In this document: positions 1-10,309 of the stretch, one piece after another
Numbering within the stretch: position 1 is the first letter of the stretch
How the letters are laid out: each line of letters opens with the position of its first letter
Assembly (NCBI GenBank): GCA_001655205.1
Contig: LPNZ01008015.1
Span: forward strand, 1-41,194
Reading direction: 5' to 3'
Origin: Lenisia limosa
Taxonomy: Eukaryota > Protista > Breviatea
DNA length: 41,194 nt
Made by a program: the position numbers and the translations under genes
Notes under the pieces: model-generated
Databases searched by the model: none
Told to the model about the DNA's origin: nothing
The model's input: the letters and a program-made list of their open reading frames with translations, nothing else

Positions 1-67
1 GAGACACCCTAAGCTCTTCATCAGGTGGAAGTGGTACTCCAATGTCAGAAAGTATATTGCTAGCCAT
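1..67 (-). CDS. Possible 5' end of a hypothetical gene running off the left edge
   Basis: ATG at 67 opens MASNILSDIGVPLPPDEELRVS to the window edge; divergent from NFU1; no recognisable homology. Confidence 0.2.
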   Translation of the reverse strand, partial: MASNILSDIGVPLPPDEELRVS

Positions 68-303
68 TGTAGCGGCGCTAAACGCTCTGAATACTTGATT
101 TTAAAATAGATATGACAACAACTACATCAAAATCTAATTGCTCTTTACTACTTAATAAATATCAGTAAATGTCATTTAGCAAAATGCAAAAAAGCAAAAA
201 AAGGAATCACCCACTCACCCACCAAACAAAATATTAGGGTGTTTATTTTACATAGGGGATACACATTGGGGAATTCTGTCCACCTTTTTTTTTTTTATAT
301 ATT

Positions 304-371
304 NNNNNNNNNNNNNNNNNNNNNNNNNNNNNNNNNNNNNNNNNNNNNNNNNNNNNNNNNNNNNNNNNNNN
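304..371. other. Assembly gap (N run)
   Basis: Run of N after a poly-T tract. Confidence 0.99.
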
Positions 372-434
372 CATCGCTCTATTCAGGCTCTATTTTCAGT
401 TCATCACATATCTATCATCATATTATCATCAATT

Positions 435-1698
435 ATGGCGCTCCGTTTTGCTGCAACCAGGTTACTTCAGGTTGGTGTCTATCACATTCTAGTTGTTATC
501 TGACGTTTGCCTTTCAACTCTCTTTAAACGCCTTCATTGGATAATAGCATGGCAGTTATTCACTCTTTTTTGACATTTATGATATGTAAGCTGACTAATT
601 AAACAATTTAGCCCGTCTCTAGACCCATTGTCGCTGCTCTCTCCCAGACTATTGGTTTGATTGCAATTTTCAATTCTTGCCTCACACTATTTTCTGTTTA
701 TTTATTCATCTTCAAACGACAAAATTGGTGATAAGTCCTAGGTGCCAGAGGGTTTGCTATTATGAAGGAAGCTACTCCTGACCCAAACTCCTTCCTTTTC
801 AGGTAAGAGAAACAGTTTGACTTTTTTTGGGTTGCTTAACTTTTTTTTTATTGTTTTAAGATCTGACATTCGTCCTCAACTTGTTGAAGAGTCCATGATT
901 TTTAAGAATTACCAAGAGGCGGAAAATATTCCCTTGGCCCGTGACCTTTTCACGGTAGGATAGGATTGCTCAGAGGCGGAAAGTATTCCTCATTCCCCCC
1001 TTATTTTTATACCATAGGTTGGAGCTTCAAGGGTTTTTCTTGGCACTGATTTTGTTACTGTAACAAAAACATCTGAACAAACCTGGGCTGAACTTGAGGT
1101 ACGGTTTAAATAAGGGAAATAAACTTGACATTTATTTACTATTCAAAATCCTTTGGATCTTTGTTTTAAAAGTCCAGCCCCTTGTTGAGCCTATCATTGA
1201 AGGACATCTTGAGATGTCTGGCCAACCCATCATCCCTGAGCTTGAGGTGATTGAGAGTCTTGACGACCAAGAGCTTTTTGATAAAATTGAGGAAGTTCTT
1301 GATGACAAGGTTTGTTTTCGCATCGTTTCTTCGAAAACCGTGCTGCATCTCCCCGTTGTTTACTGCGTAGGTCCGTCCAATGCTTGAGATGGACGGTGGT
1401 AACTGCCGTTTGGATAGCGTAGAAGATGGTGTTGTTTACCTTGAACTCCAGGTGAGGGCATAATTGCAGAATTGTTTGATGGTTGCCATGAAAACACATG
1501 AAAGGGTGTTGGGCTATTTATAAGTATTAAATTTCTTGATTGCTTAGGGAGCCTGTAAGGGTTGCCCTGGTGCAGCAGCCACCCTCAAAAATGGTGTTGA
1601 ACGTGTTCTGATGCACTTTGTTCCACAGGTAAGCGTCATTGTCTCTTATTTCCATTCCATTGCTAATTATCCAGGTTGAGGAAGTTCGTGAATGTTAA
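435..1698 (+). CDS. NFU1: NFU1 iron-sulfur cluster scaffold/carrier (Nfu N-terminal + NifU-C domains), multi-exon
   Basis: Spliced: ARGFAIMKEATPDPNSFLF..GASRVFLGTDFVTVTK..KIEEVLDDKVRPMLEMDGGNCRLDSVEDGVVYLELQGACKGCPGAAATLKNGVERVLMHFVPQVEEVREC*; CxxC motif intact; likely start MALRFAATRLLQ resembles a presequence, but the first exons are uncertain. Confidence 0.92.
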
Positions 1699-1917
1699 GT
1701 CCAGTTTATTTTTATGATATGATATCATACATGTATTTATTGCTTGTGTAATCACCCGACCAGACAGAGCTACTTCTTCTTTTGAGAACTGTCAGAAAGA
1801 GTGGTCATAACCAATAAGCCGTCTTGGGGTGTTCAGTCAATTTTTTTTTGAGTTTTGAGAACACTTTGGTATAAGATCAAAGACGCTCTAAACAAGTTAA
1901 AAAAAAAAAAAAAAAAA

Positions 1918-1970
1918 NNNNNNNNNNNNNNNNNNNNNNNNNNNNNNNNNNNNNNNNNNNNNNNNNNNNN
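1918..1970. other. Assembly gap (N run)
   Basis: Run of N after a poly-A tract. Confidence 0.99.
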
Positions 1971-2036
1971 AACATTCTTTGCTCGAATGCTAGATTGTCA
2001 AAACATAATTAAGTGGAAAAAACTCTCAAAACCCTC

Positions 2037-2147
2037 TCACGCATTTCTCATCTTTTTTTTGATTCTATACTCTGTCATTAATATAATCAAGGCAAAAATC
2101 ATTGCGATGAAGGCAAGAGCCCCGCACGTTTTTGATAGATCAGACAT
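2037..2147 (-). CDS. Possible 36-aa single-TM microprotein
   Basis: MSDLSKTCGALAFIAMIFALIILMTEYRIKKKMRNA*: hydrophobic core and basic tail; may instead splice into the N gap; no homology recognised. Confidence 0.25.
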   Translation of the reverse strand: MSDLSKTCGALAFIAMIFALIILMTEYRIKKKMRNA

Positions 2148-3365
2148 TACTTTGTTATGATCATTTTCCTGTTGGTGTTTTGGTGTTTCATTATTTATTT
2201 TTTATTTATTAAAACATATCAGAGGATGAAGCTGTCAACTCTGAGAATGGGCTTGGAGGTGAGGGGAGACACAGGAGAAAAGGGAGGGGTAGGTGAAAAA
2301 AAAAAATACGTGAATTTATAATAATGAGCGAGCTAATATCACGTGCATTTAACTATTTAAACTCTTTTGTCCAAAAATTCGGCCACTTTGTAAATTGAAG
2401 GACTTGGTAGGAAGCTGACTATCTAAGGTTTTTTCCTAGGTGTGTCTTCTCTCCTTTTTCTATCCTTCTAGACATTGCATGTCCATAGTATATGTGTGCC
2501 TTTCTATAGGCGTCTCATTTCTCCAGACTTGCGAGATCTCTTTTTTATTCTCTAAAGACAATTTTTTTTTGTAGTTATATTATAGCAGTCAATGAAGGAA
2601 GAAGACCCTGAGAGGACTTAAGAACCTAAGTAGAAGAAAGAAGCTGAAGGATGACGATCACGACTGGTGTCTGTCTTGTGCTTGCCTAGTCACACCTCTC
2701 CCCCTCCTCTCTTGCCCTCTGGTGGTTTAATAATAAATAATAAGGTTTTCTACCTCTTTCATACCTGCTTACCAAGCTTCTTCTGACTGCACTACTGCCT
2801 TACTGCAGCTGATTTCGTTAAGGCGGAACACAAAGCTTGTAAAACATCTTCCCCCAAACAATTACCTCAGTTTAGGATGATATTAACAAGGTTATTTATT
2901 TATCCCCAAACCTTGCGCATCTGTCTAACCTTGCACCTTGCTGCCTTTGTCATACCTACTCCAAATGGTTGCTTTGCCTTGTATCTGTTAATCACCACCT
3001 TTCTTCTCCCTCTCTTCTCTTGCTTCAGTTTTTTCTTCTCTTATCTCACCACCTATTCTTTGTCACTGACATACCCCACTGTTTTTCTGCAATGACTGTT
3101 TTATTTTATGTACATCAGCATATTCTTAAAAGTGAGCAAAATATCAGTCAGCTGTTCAAGGCAATATCTTGGTTTGTTTCCTCTTTGCCACATGCTTCAC
3201 AAATTCACAAAATAGCTATACTGTCATACAGATAAACAACACTCATGATTGCTACAATTACATTTTAAACAAAACCAAACTATTTTTACAAATATTACAA
3301 CACATAAGAAATTCCAAAAGCAGGTTCATCAACTGATTGTCTTTCAGTTGCAGTTTGATGAGGAC

Positions 3366-6300
3366 TTAAGTTGTGGGAAGAGCAGGTAGGGAGGGAATTT
3401 CGATTGATGAGTCCATTGGTTCAGAAGGTTGCGAAATAGACTGATCCTGAATAATTAAATTGCCAAAAGCAACAAGTCCCAACATGCTCAGCCCCATCAC
3501 AAGCTTACTTCTTGAAAAGGCTGCAGTTCCGACTCTGATGCTTCAGGAAGAAGCAAGGAAGGGCTCACGCATTCCACTTCCTCTATGGGGGCTTGACCAT
3601 CAGACGGAAACGGAGATTCAATTAAGAGCTACAAAGTTATAAGCTTATCTGGGCAAACCGGAGGTAAATCAGACATCCCATTCATTTTCTTGCGTCTTTT
3701 CGTTTTAGGTTTGTTCTCAGTCAATTCCCTTTTGAAAAAGGATGCCGCAGGAAATCTATTCAAAATATTCACACCATTTGCATCAAGCATTCTACAAATG
3801 TGAAACACAATCTTTCACTCACGTATGCCCTTGTTTCTGAATCACATAAGTTTCAGGTAGGGGGCTTGGGAAAACAGTAACGGAGGAGAGTGTGAAAGGT
3901 AAGTGGGAGCGGACCCCAGCCATTGCCACGAGTTTAAGCATTTCTGAGACTGCTAGGTTGCAACAAGCGTTTTTGACCACTTCTGGCGTTGAGTTGAGGA
4001 TGAAACGAATGAATGCATCACGGTACAAGACAAGGCGCCTCCCAAGGTAATGGCAGTACGTCCAAGCGTTCACTGTTTTGCGAAGTTGATCTGGTGACTT
4101 GCTTAAGTTCATTGACGCAAGTGCGATTTGGTTGAGGGACAACGCTTTGCTTTTATTGTCTTCAAAGTAGCACAGACCATCTGAAAAATAAGTTTATCTC
4201 GACGGACTTACCGAATCTAATTGTTGCATATCGTTTTGAGTCTGAGAACCCCAAAAGTTCCTCACCAGGTACAATTACCCTTCATTATCAGAGTGGCATA
4301 ATCAAGAAGAAGGCAGAAGTAACATGGAGACATACTTGCAGAGAATAAGAGTGTTGAACGAAATTTTGAACAACTTGATAACTCTCGCGGGAAGTGGAGC
4401 ACCCTGACACAATAAGACAACGATAACACTTTAATTCATACCTTCATGTACTCATCAAGAGATAATAAAGTGATAACTTGTGTTGAGTCAGCGTTGTTAA
4501 TCTGCCTTTTAATTTTGACTTTCGCATAAAATGAGTCGGCAAGGTTCTGATTTTGCTAAATCTTGTAAGCACTTCAAAGTCTAGTTATACCTCTTCACCT
4601 GCTTGATCGTCTTGATTCTCGTCAAGCACAACTACAATAAATTATCAGAGGAGAAAAAAAAAACCTGCTCAAATTATGGATGAGGTAAAACTGTGGAATT
4701 GAATACCAATCTCTCATTCCGGTTTTTATTTTTTATTGGTAAAACAAAAAGAGGAACAATAGATAGTCAAGGGATTACTCCTCCATCAACAAACCTGGTT
4801 CGATAACGGAAAGTGGTTGATTGATGACAGGCTCAGATTGTACTTGCTCAGCTTCAAAGGGTTCCACTGTTTGACTATCTTCTTTTTCTTCACCACCGTC
4901 TTCTTTCACCATTGATTGAGGATCAATATTCTCTAAAAAGATAACCAATCAATTAATAAGTTCAGTAAGATAACACAAACCAGAAGACCGCTCCAGAAGG
5001 AAGCGTTTTCGAATTTCTATGAGTTTTTCTCCTTTCACCCAAGAGTTTGTCCAGGCATTAGCGCCACCTCTAGCTTTCTTACCCTAAAGAAGTAACATAT
5101 TGATCAACCCTACTTCTGCCAGTCTGTTTTGATTGATACAAGTAAGACATGCCTTATTAAGAGTCATGTTGGTTCCATTCAGCATTATATTTCCATCTAA
5201 AATTGTCAGTCACAAAAAAAGGACACTACCTGGTAAAATTTCACCAGGAACTCTCTTTGGGCCCATCTCCAACAAGTCGCTTCCTGCTTTGATGTATTCA
5301 TTTTGAATTAATGCCAACAGAGTTGTCTAAATCGAGTAAAAATAATAGGGTTCCTCCTCACATTTGCAGTAGATTTCGGAAGTGCACTGTTTGAATGCAC
5401 TTTAATCGGGACAGCTCCTTCCAAACTCATATCAAGATTCAAAGGGGGAAGTGGATCGAATGGGATTGATGATGGCGGATTAGACAGTAGTTCATCCGCA
5501 GTAATAGTCGGAGGAGGGATGGAAGCGACAGGGTGGGGATTTGGACGAAGATTGCAGCCAAAATCTGGAAGAGCAAGCCAAGTCATTACATCATCCGACG
5601 GCTCGAATGCAGGAGTTGGGTCACTAACAAAATTAAAGGTAACTATTTCAAATTTGTATGGCCGAGGTTGAAGAATAAAAAAGGAACGGACATCTGAATT
5701 TCACTTCAGGACCACCACTGACTTTTTAGATCCTTTTAATATTGAGAAGGGAACAAAAAAGGTAGTCATACATATATATGAGACAAGTTATTATCTTTAC
5801 TTCTGAGTCCTTTTGCACTCTATTTGAAAAATGGATACAAAACAATTGAAAACTACAGTTTTCATTCATAAAGCATACCAATGGGAGGAAAAGAACAATA
5901 TAGTAATAGCCCCCTACTCTATGTATTCTGGAAGTACTTCCAGGCTTGGAGTTGGATCCTCTTGAAGAGGAAAAGAAATAACCGCTTCAACGTCATCTGC
6001 TTGGTGAGGCTCAACAGAAGCTTCGCTTTCAATATGAACTGGTTCGGCTTTAAGCGGTTGAATACAATTAAATGTGCTGCTTTGAAGAGAAGGAACCGGG
6101 TATGCGAAGCTTGTCTGGTGTACATAAGTATCTTTTTACAGACTCATACCATTTGCTTAAACATTTCCCGAATAGGAATGAGGTTTTTGGTATCTTGCCC
6201 AAGATTTTCACCTAAGTCAATCAGAAACAGAGTAAAACATACACTCTAAAATTTTTTGATCCAAAATTTCCATAGTGTTCAAAGGATAGCGGTCGCTTTG

Positions 6301-7016
6301 TTTGGCGGTGTGGTCACCTCCATAAGACCTGAGAAGAAGAACAATATCTAGAAATATAAAATTATGGTAAAATATGTTACCTTTAAATCCTGAACAAGCA
6401 GCAAGAGTCAAAGCAGATACACCAAATTCAGGAATTATTTCATTGGGGGATTGTCCTAACTCAAGAAAGAAACCGCAGCACTTGAATCTAAACAAAGTAA
6501 GTGGAACGGCAAATAGAGCTGGTGATATAAGATGTCAAATAGAGGTTATAAAAAACCAGCCCACTTGTTTTGAACTGAACAATACGCAAGGGGGTGACAA
6601 GGATGCTTAAGTTTTTGAAGATAATTAGGGTTTTCTGAAAGAAACCGTTTCAATGCATCCAGATCGTCATTTTTAATGACCTGAAAAAGTCATGTTGAAT
6701 ACACCCAAAGTCTCACCTGTGCAATTGGCTCCAGCTCAGGTATGGTAAGAGTGGTCTGCATTTGCCCCCACAAAATAAAGATACTTTTTCACAATAATAG
6801 GAACCTCACTTTCGTTCAAAACTGTCCAAACTCTTTGAGAATGTCGACAAGTCCTAAGCTTAGTTTGGGAGTTTGGAGGAGTTTGTTGTTTTTTTGTTGC
6901 ACTCAGGTTGCACTACTCGGGTTACACTAAGAGAAAGAGCGAAAGAGCGCAAGAGAGGGCAAGAGAGGGCAAGTGCGCCAATAATTGTTTTGGGCAAAAG
7001 CTTGGACTTCAGTCAT
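3366..7016 (-). CDS. Multi-exon protein with ankyrin repeat, PH-like domain, Pro-rich linker and helical C-terminal region
   Basis: GVSALTLAACSGFK/DIVLLLRSYGGD (ankyrin-like); RFLLFKAAHLIVFNRLKPNQFILKAKLLL and PYKFEIVT..DDVMTWL (PH-like); helical block RLVLYRDAFIRFILNSTPEVVKNACCNL; ends IPSLPALPTT* at 3366; start approximate. Confidence 0.6.
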
Positions 7017-7179
7017 TATACGGAATTAGAATTAAACGGGATAATCCCATTTTTCCACTTTTCATTTTTCAATCCAAAAAGTGATAAAGTGAAGTTATCG
7101 AAAAGACGACATCCAATTAGAATAGGTGATTGGTTTTTAGGTCTGAAAATCAGACTGTGTTTTTCGTGAATCGTGGAAC

Positions 7180-9530
7180 ATGGCGGATCTATTAGGTGGA
7201 AGCTGGAAAACAGTGGCTACTGTTGGAGTTGCCACTGTTGTTGCCGTTGCTGGAGCTTATTATCTTAATGAAGCATGTATGGCTTTTCCTTTGTTTGATT
7301 GTCTTGTAGTGAAAAAGGATACTGAAAATTGTGTTAAGGAAGATATTTGCCCACTTGAAGAGGCCAGTGGTTTGTCAAATTCTTTTCTTTGATTTCTTAC
7401 TTGAACAGAATCAAAGGTAATTGAAAAAGAAGCTTCGGTTTCTACTAATAATAATGAAAGCGTTGCCCCTGAAGAAAGGACAGGTTTGTTCAATGGGGAT
7501 TGTTTTAATTTTCTGTAGAAGTGAGAGCTGCTGGTCACCTGGCTGCCAACGAGGTTAGAGAGATGTATATTCCCCGGTTATCCAAATAATTCTGGGCTTT
7601 GGGATTCCTCTTTTCTTTTCAAGAATCACTCCCTTTCGCAATTATCACATCGCAGAATGAAGAGCCAACCAAAATTCCCCATGCAGATGTACCTGAAGAT
7701 ATTGGAGAGGAGGTAAACTATGCCTTTTTGCAAATGTTTACAAATTCCAGATATTTAGGAAGAATGTTGTGAACCCTGGTCAAGTTGACGAGAAACTACT
7801 TGCAGTCTTCCAAGAATGCAAAACAAAGGCTGAAGATGCCTTGAACCGAGTTTGAGGAACTGATATTGATCCAGCCTTTTTTTTTTTTGAAGAATAATTA
7901 TGAATCAATGCTAATATGAGCAGGGAAACCTGATTGAGGCTGAGGATTTTTATTCAAAGATGTCTCAATATGCCAGAGAATTGTTCGGATCTGCCAATGT
8001 TCTTCACCTTTCAACCCTGTTTGATTTATCTTTTTCTTACAGCGTAGCTATGTTCATGGAACTATTGCAGGAAAAGTTGGAAAGTTTGACGTTGCTGAAA
8101 AGGCTCTTTTAGAGTGCAAACGTGAGTTTTTATTTATTTAAAGGAGGTTGTTATTATTTAGGTCATATGGAGGATGGAAAAGGAAAGGAAATGCCCGATT
8201 ACGCTGTGCTTCTTGTGTACGAAACCAGTCTCTTTCACTTTTTTTCAGCCACCTTGGAGATCTTTACAAGGACTTCGGATTCATTCGCACTGCTGGCTCT
8301 TACTTTGACCAAGCTATTACAACTGCCCTTTCGTAAGCAGAAATGTGAGCTTTGTTCATCTCCTGTAGTGTTGAGCCAGAGTTTGCTGAAGCAAGTGTTC
8401 GTGCGTATCTTGAAGGAGCAGTCTTTCATCTTGGAGCGGGAAATTATGAGAAGGCTGAAGAATATGGTGGGAATACACTTTTGTTTGAGTTTTTTTTTTC
8501 CTAAATTCATTCCCCACAGCCAAAATTCTTGACCCCGTTTTCAAGAAGGCCCCTCAGGTAATCATAGATTATGGAACTCTTTTTACAATGAGTAATGTTA
8601 TCTTCTTGATCCTATGTAGTATGCATGTCAACATGTATTGCTTTTTTGTGTTATTATTTCACCCAGTCGTTCCTTACACACTGCTTTTTGCATGTCGCCA
8701 GGATATGATGTTATTGATGTAATAGGCTGTTGGTGAGCGAGCAGAAGTTGCCTTCATCCATGCAATGTACAACCTTTTCAAAGCCGGTGGAGACCCCACC
8801 CCTTATGATGAGGTCCTATCAGCCATCTCCAACTTCAAGGATTTGATGGGCAAGGAGTCTGTTCGTATTATCTTTGCTTACTATGTACGCTGGGGTGAAT
8901 GGGGATGAACCAACACCTTATTTATTCAACATTAGGATGTTGCAGTTCTCTGTAAGAAACTCGGCTTGCTGAACTTTGCTGCTAGTGCTATTAAGGTTTG
9001 CTCAGGACCATGATCTATTATCTTTTAGAATTGTTGTTCTCTTTGCGAAAAGGCAATTGACCCTGCTCACCCAACCTACGCACGTGCTTTTGCCCTTTCA
9101 GGCCTTATTGACAACGCCCATAACAAGCATGACTCAGCCAAGGGCAGCTTTGAAATTGGTCTGCAATTATAATAAATTCGTCAATGTCATTCACTGACCA
9201 GCTGCCAACCTTCTCTTCCTCCACGGCTACCAAGGCACATCAAAACCGAAGAACCCGCAGTGCATCATGGCTCTTGCTGAAATCCAACGTATCTACAGTG
9301 GGTGCTAATGCAGTTCAGTTTCCAAATCTTCATTTTGCAATCGTTTACACTCCTTTAGCCGATACCCCCGCTATCAAGGCTTATCTTAGGGAGCTTGTCA
9401 AATTCTTGAAAACCAATGTGAGAGGAGCTTTGTCTTTTTAGAGTTTAATGGCTTTGGCTTGCTAACACAATAGGATCCCTCATATCCTCTTGATGCCCAG
9501 CTCGCTTCTGAAATGATTGAATTATCCTAG
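7180..9530 (+). CDS. N-terminally signal-anchored TPR/helical-repeat protein
   Basis: TM segment VATVGVATVVAVAGAYYL, acidic linker, then TPR-like helices CKTKAEDALNRGNLIEAEDFYSK, ATLGDLYKDFGFIRTAGSYFDQAI, YLEGAVFHLGAGNYEKAEEY; ends LASEMIELS* at 9530. Confidence 0.7.
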
Positions 9531-9690
9531 GTTGTTCCAAAAGATATAATGTACCACCACCATATACAAATGAAAAAACAGATATGAAAACCTCTTGAAA
9601 TCCTAAAAACATGTATTGGGGGAATTCAAGGAATACAATCTAAATGATGAGATGTGAAAAGGAAAAAACAAGGTAAAAGTTATTTTAAAA

Positions 9691-9768
9691 GTCCTCTGTT
9701 TAACGAGATTAAAAGAGCCACACGGTTCCAGTTCAGAAGATCATTGAATGGTAATTTCATCAAAGGAC
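9691..9768 (-). ncRNA. Box C/D snoRNA, copy 1 (most diverged)
   Basis: GTCC stem-TTGATGA (C)..CTGA (D')..AATCTCGTTAA guide-A-CAGA (D)-GGAC stem; guide is antisense to conserved LSU rRNA UUAACGAGAUU. Confidence 0.85.
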
Positions 9769-9849
9769 ATCTTCAATCGTACACATCAGCGTCCCCACCA
9801 ACCTGAGAAGTGAGATATGAAAAAGGGAAGACAGTAAAAAAAACTAAAA

Positions 9850-9930
9850 GAAACATCATTTTAACGAGATTAAATTGAGCCACATGGTTCCATTTCAGCA
9901 AGTTATTGAATGTAGAATAATCATCTGTTC
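9850..9930 (-). ncRNA. Box C/D snoRNA, copy 2
   Basis: ATGATTA (C variant)..CTGA (D')..AATCTCGTTAA-A-ATGA (D variant); weak terminal stem; inside intron 9803-9960. Confidence 0.8.
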
Positions 9931-10017
9931 ACAAACCAACGAAAGCTGCAAGCGTCATACCTTTCGAACTAAAGCAGTCAGATTGTACCTGACATAACAA
10001 AAAGAAACAAAAGGAAA

Positions 10018-10096
10018 TGAATCATTTTAACGAGATTAAATTGGGCCACATGGTTCCATTTCAGCAAGTTGTTGAATGTAAAAATAATCATCTTCA
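10018..10096 (-). ncRNA. Box C/D snoRNA, copy 3
   Basis: TGAA/TTCA terminal stem; same boxes and guide as copy 2; inside intron 9989-10126. Confidence 0.8.
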
Positions 10097-10197
10097 AAAG
10101 CGATTGGTCTCAGCCACCCTTCTAACCTTCTGAAGAACAGTCTAAAACAGTGAGGAAAGGAAAAAGAAAAGAAAAAAAAAAAGTTGATTATTTAAAA

Positions 10198-10276
10198 TGA
10201 ATCATTTTAACGAGATTAAATTGGGCCACATGGTTCCATTTCAGCAAGTTGTTAAATGTAGAAATAATCATCTTCA
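10198..10276 (-). ncRNA. Box C/D snoRNA, copy 4
   Basis: Near-identical to copy 3, 180 nt away; inside intron 10142-10306. Confidence 0.8.
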
Positions 10277-10309
10277 GAGACAGTAAAGCAAAGATCTGTC
10301 ACTAACCAT

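Larger units (their letters stand above)
9640..10309 (-). other. Spliced snoRNA-host region (calreticulin 3' UTR or abutting host transcript): four introns separated by 15-28 nt mini-exons
   Basis: Minus-strand donors GTTAGT (10306), GTTAGA (10126), GTATGA (9960), GTACGA (9782); polypyrimidine-AG acceptors at 10142, 9989, 9803, 9640; mini-exons 10127-10141, 9961-9988, 9783-9802 (the last donor is least certain). Confidence 0.7.

Noticed and set aside
9690-10280. CRISPR-like repeat-spacer array
   Set aside because: Units of ~78 nt are too long and degenerate, there are no cas genes, the context is eukaryotic, and the spacers resolve into splice sites and mini-exons while the repeats resolve into C/D snoRNAs
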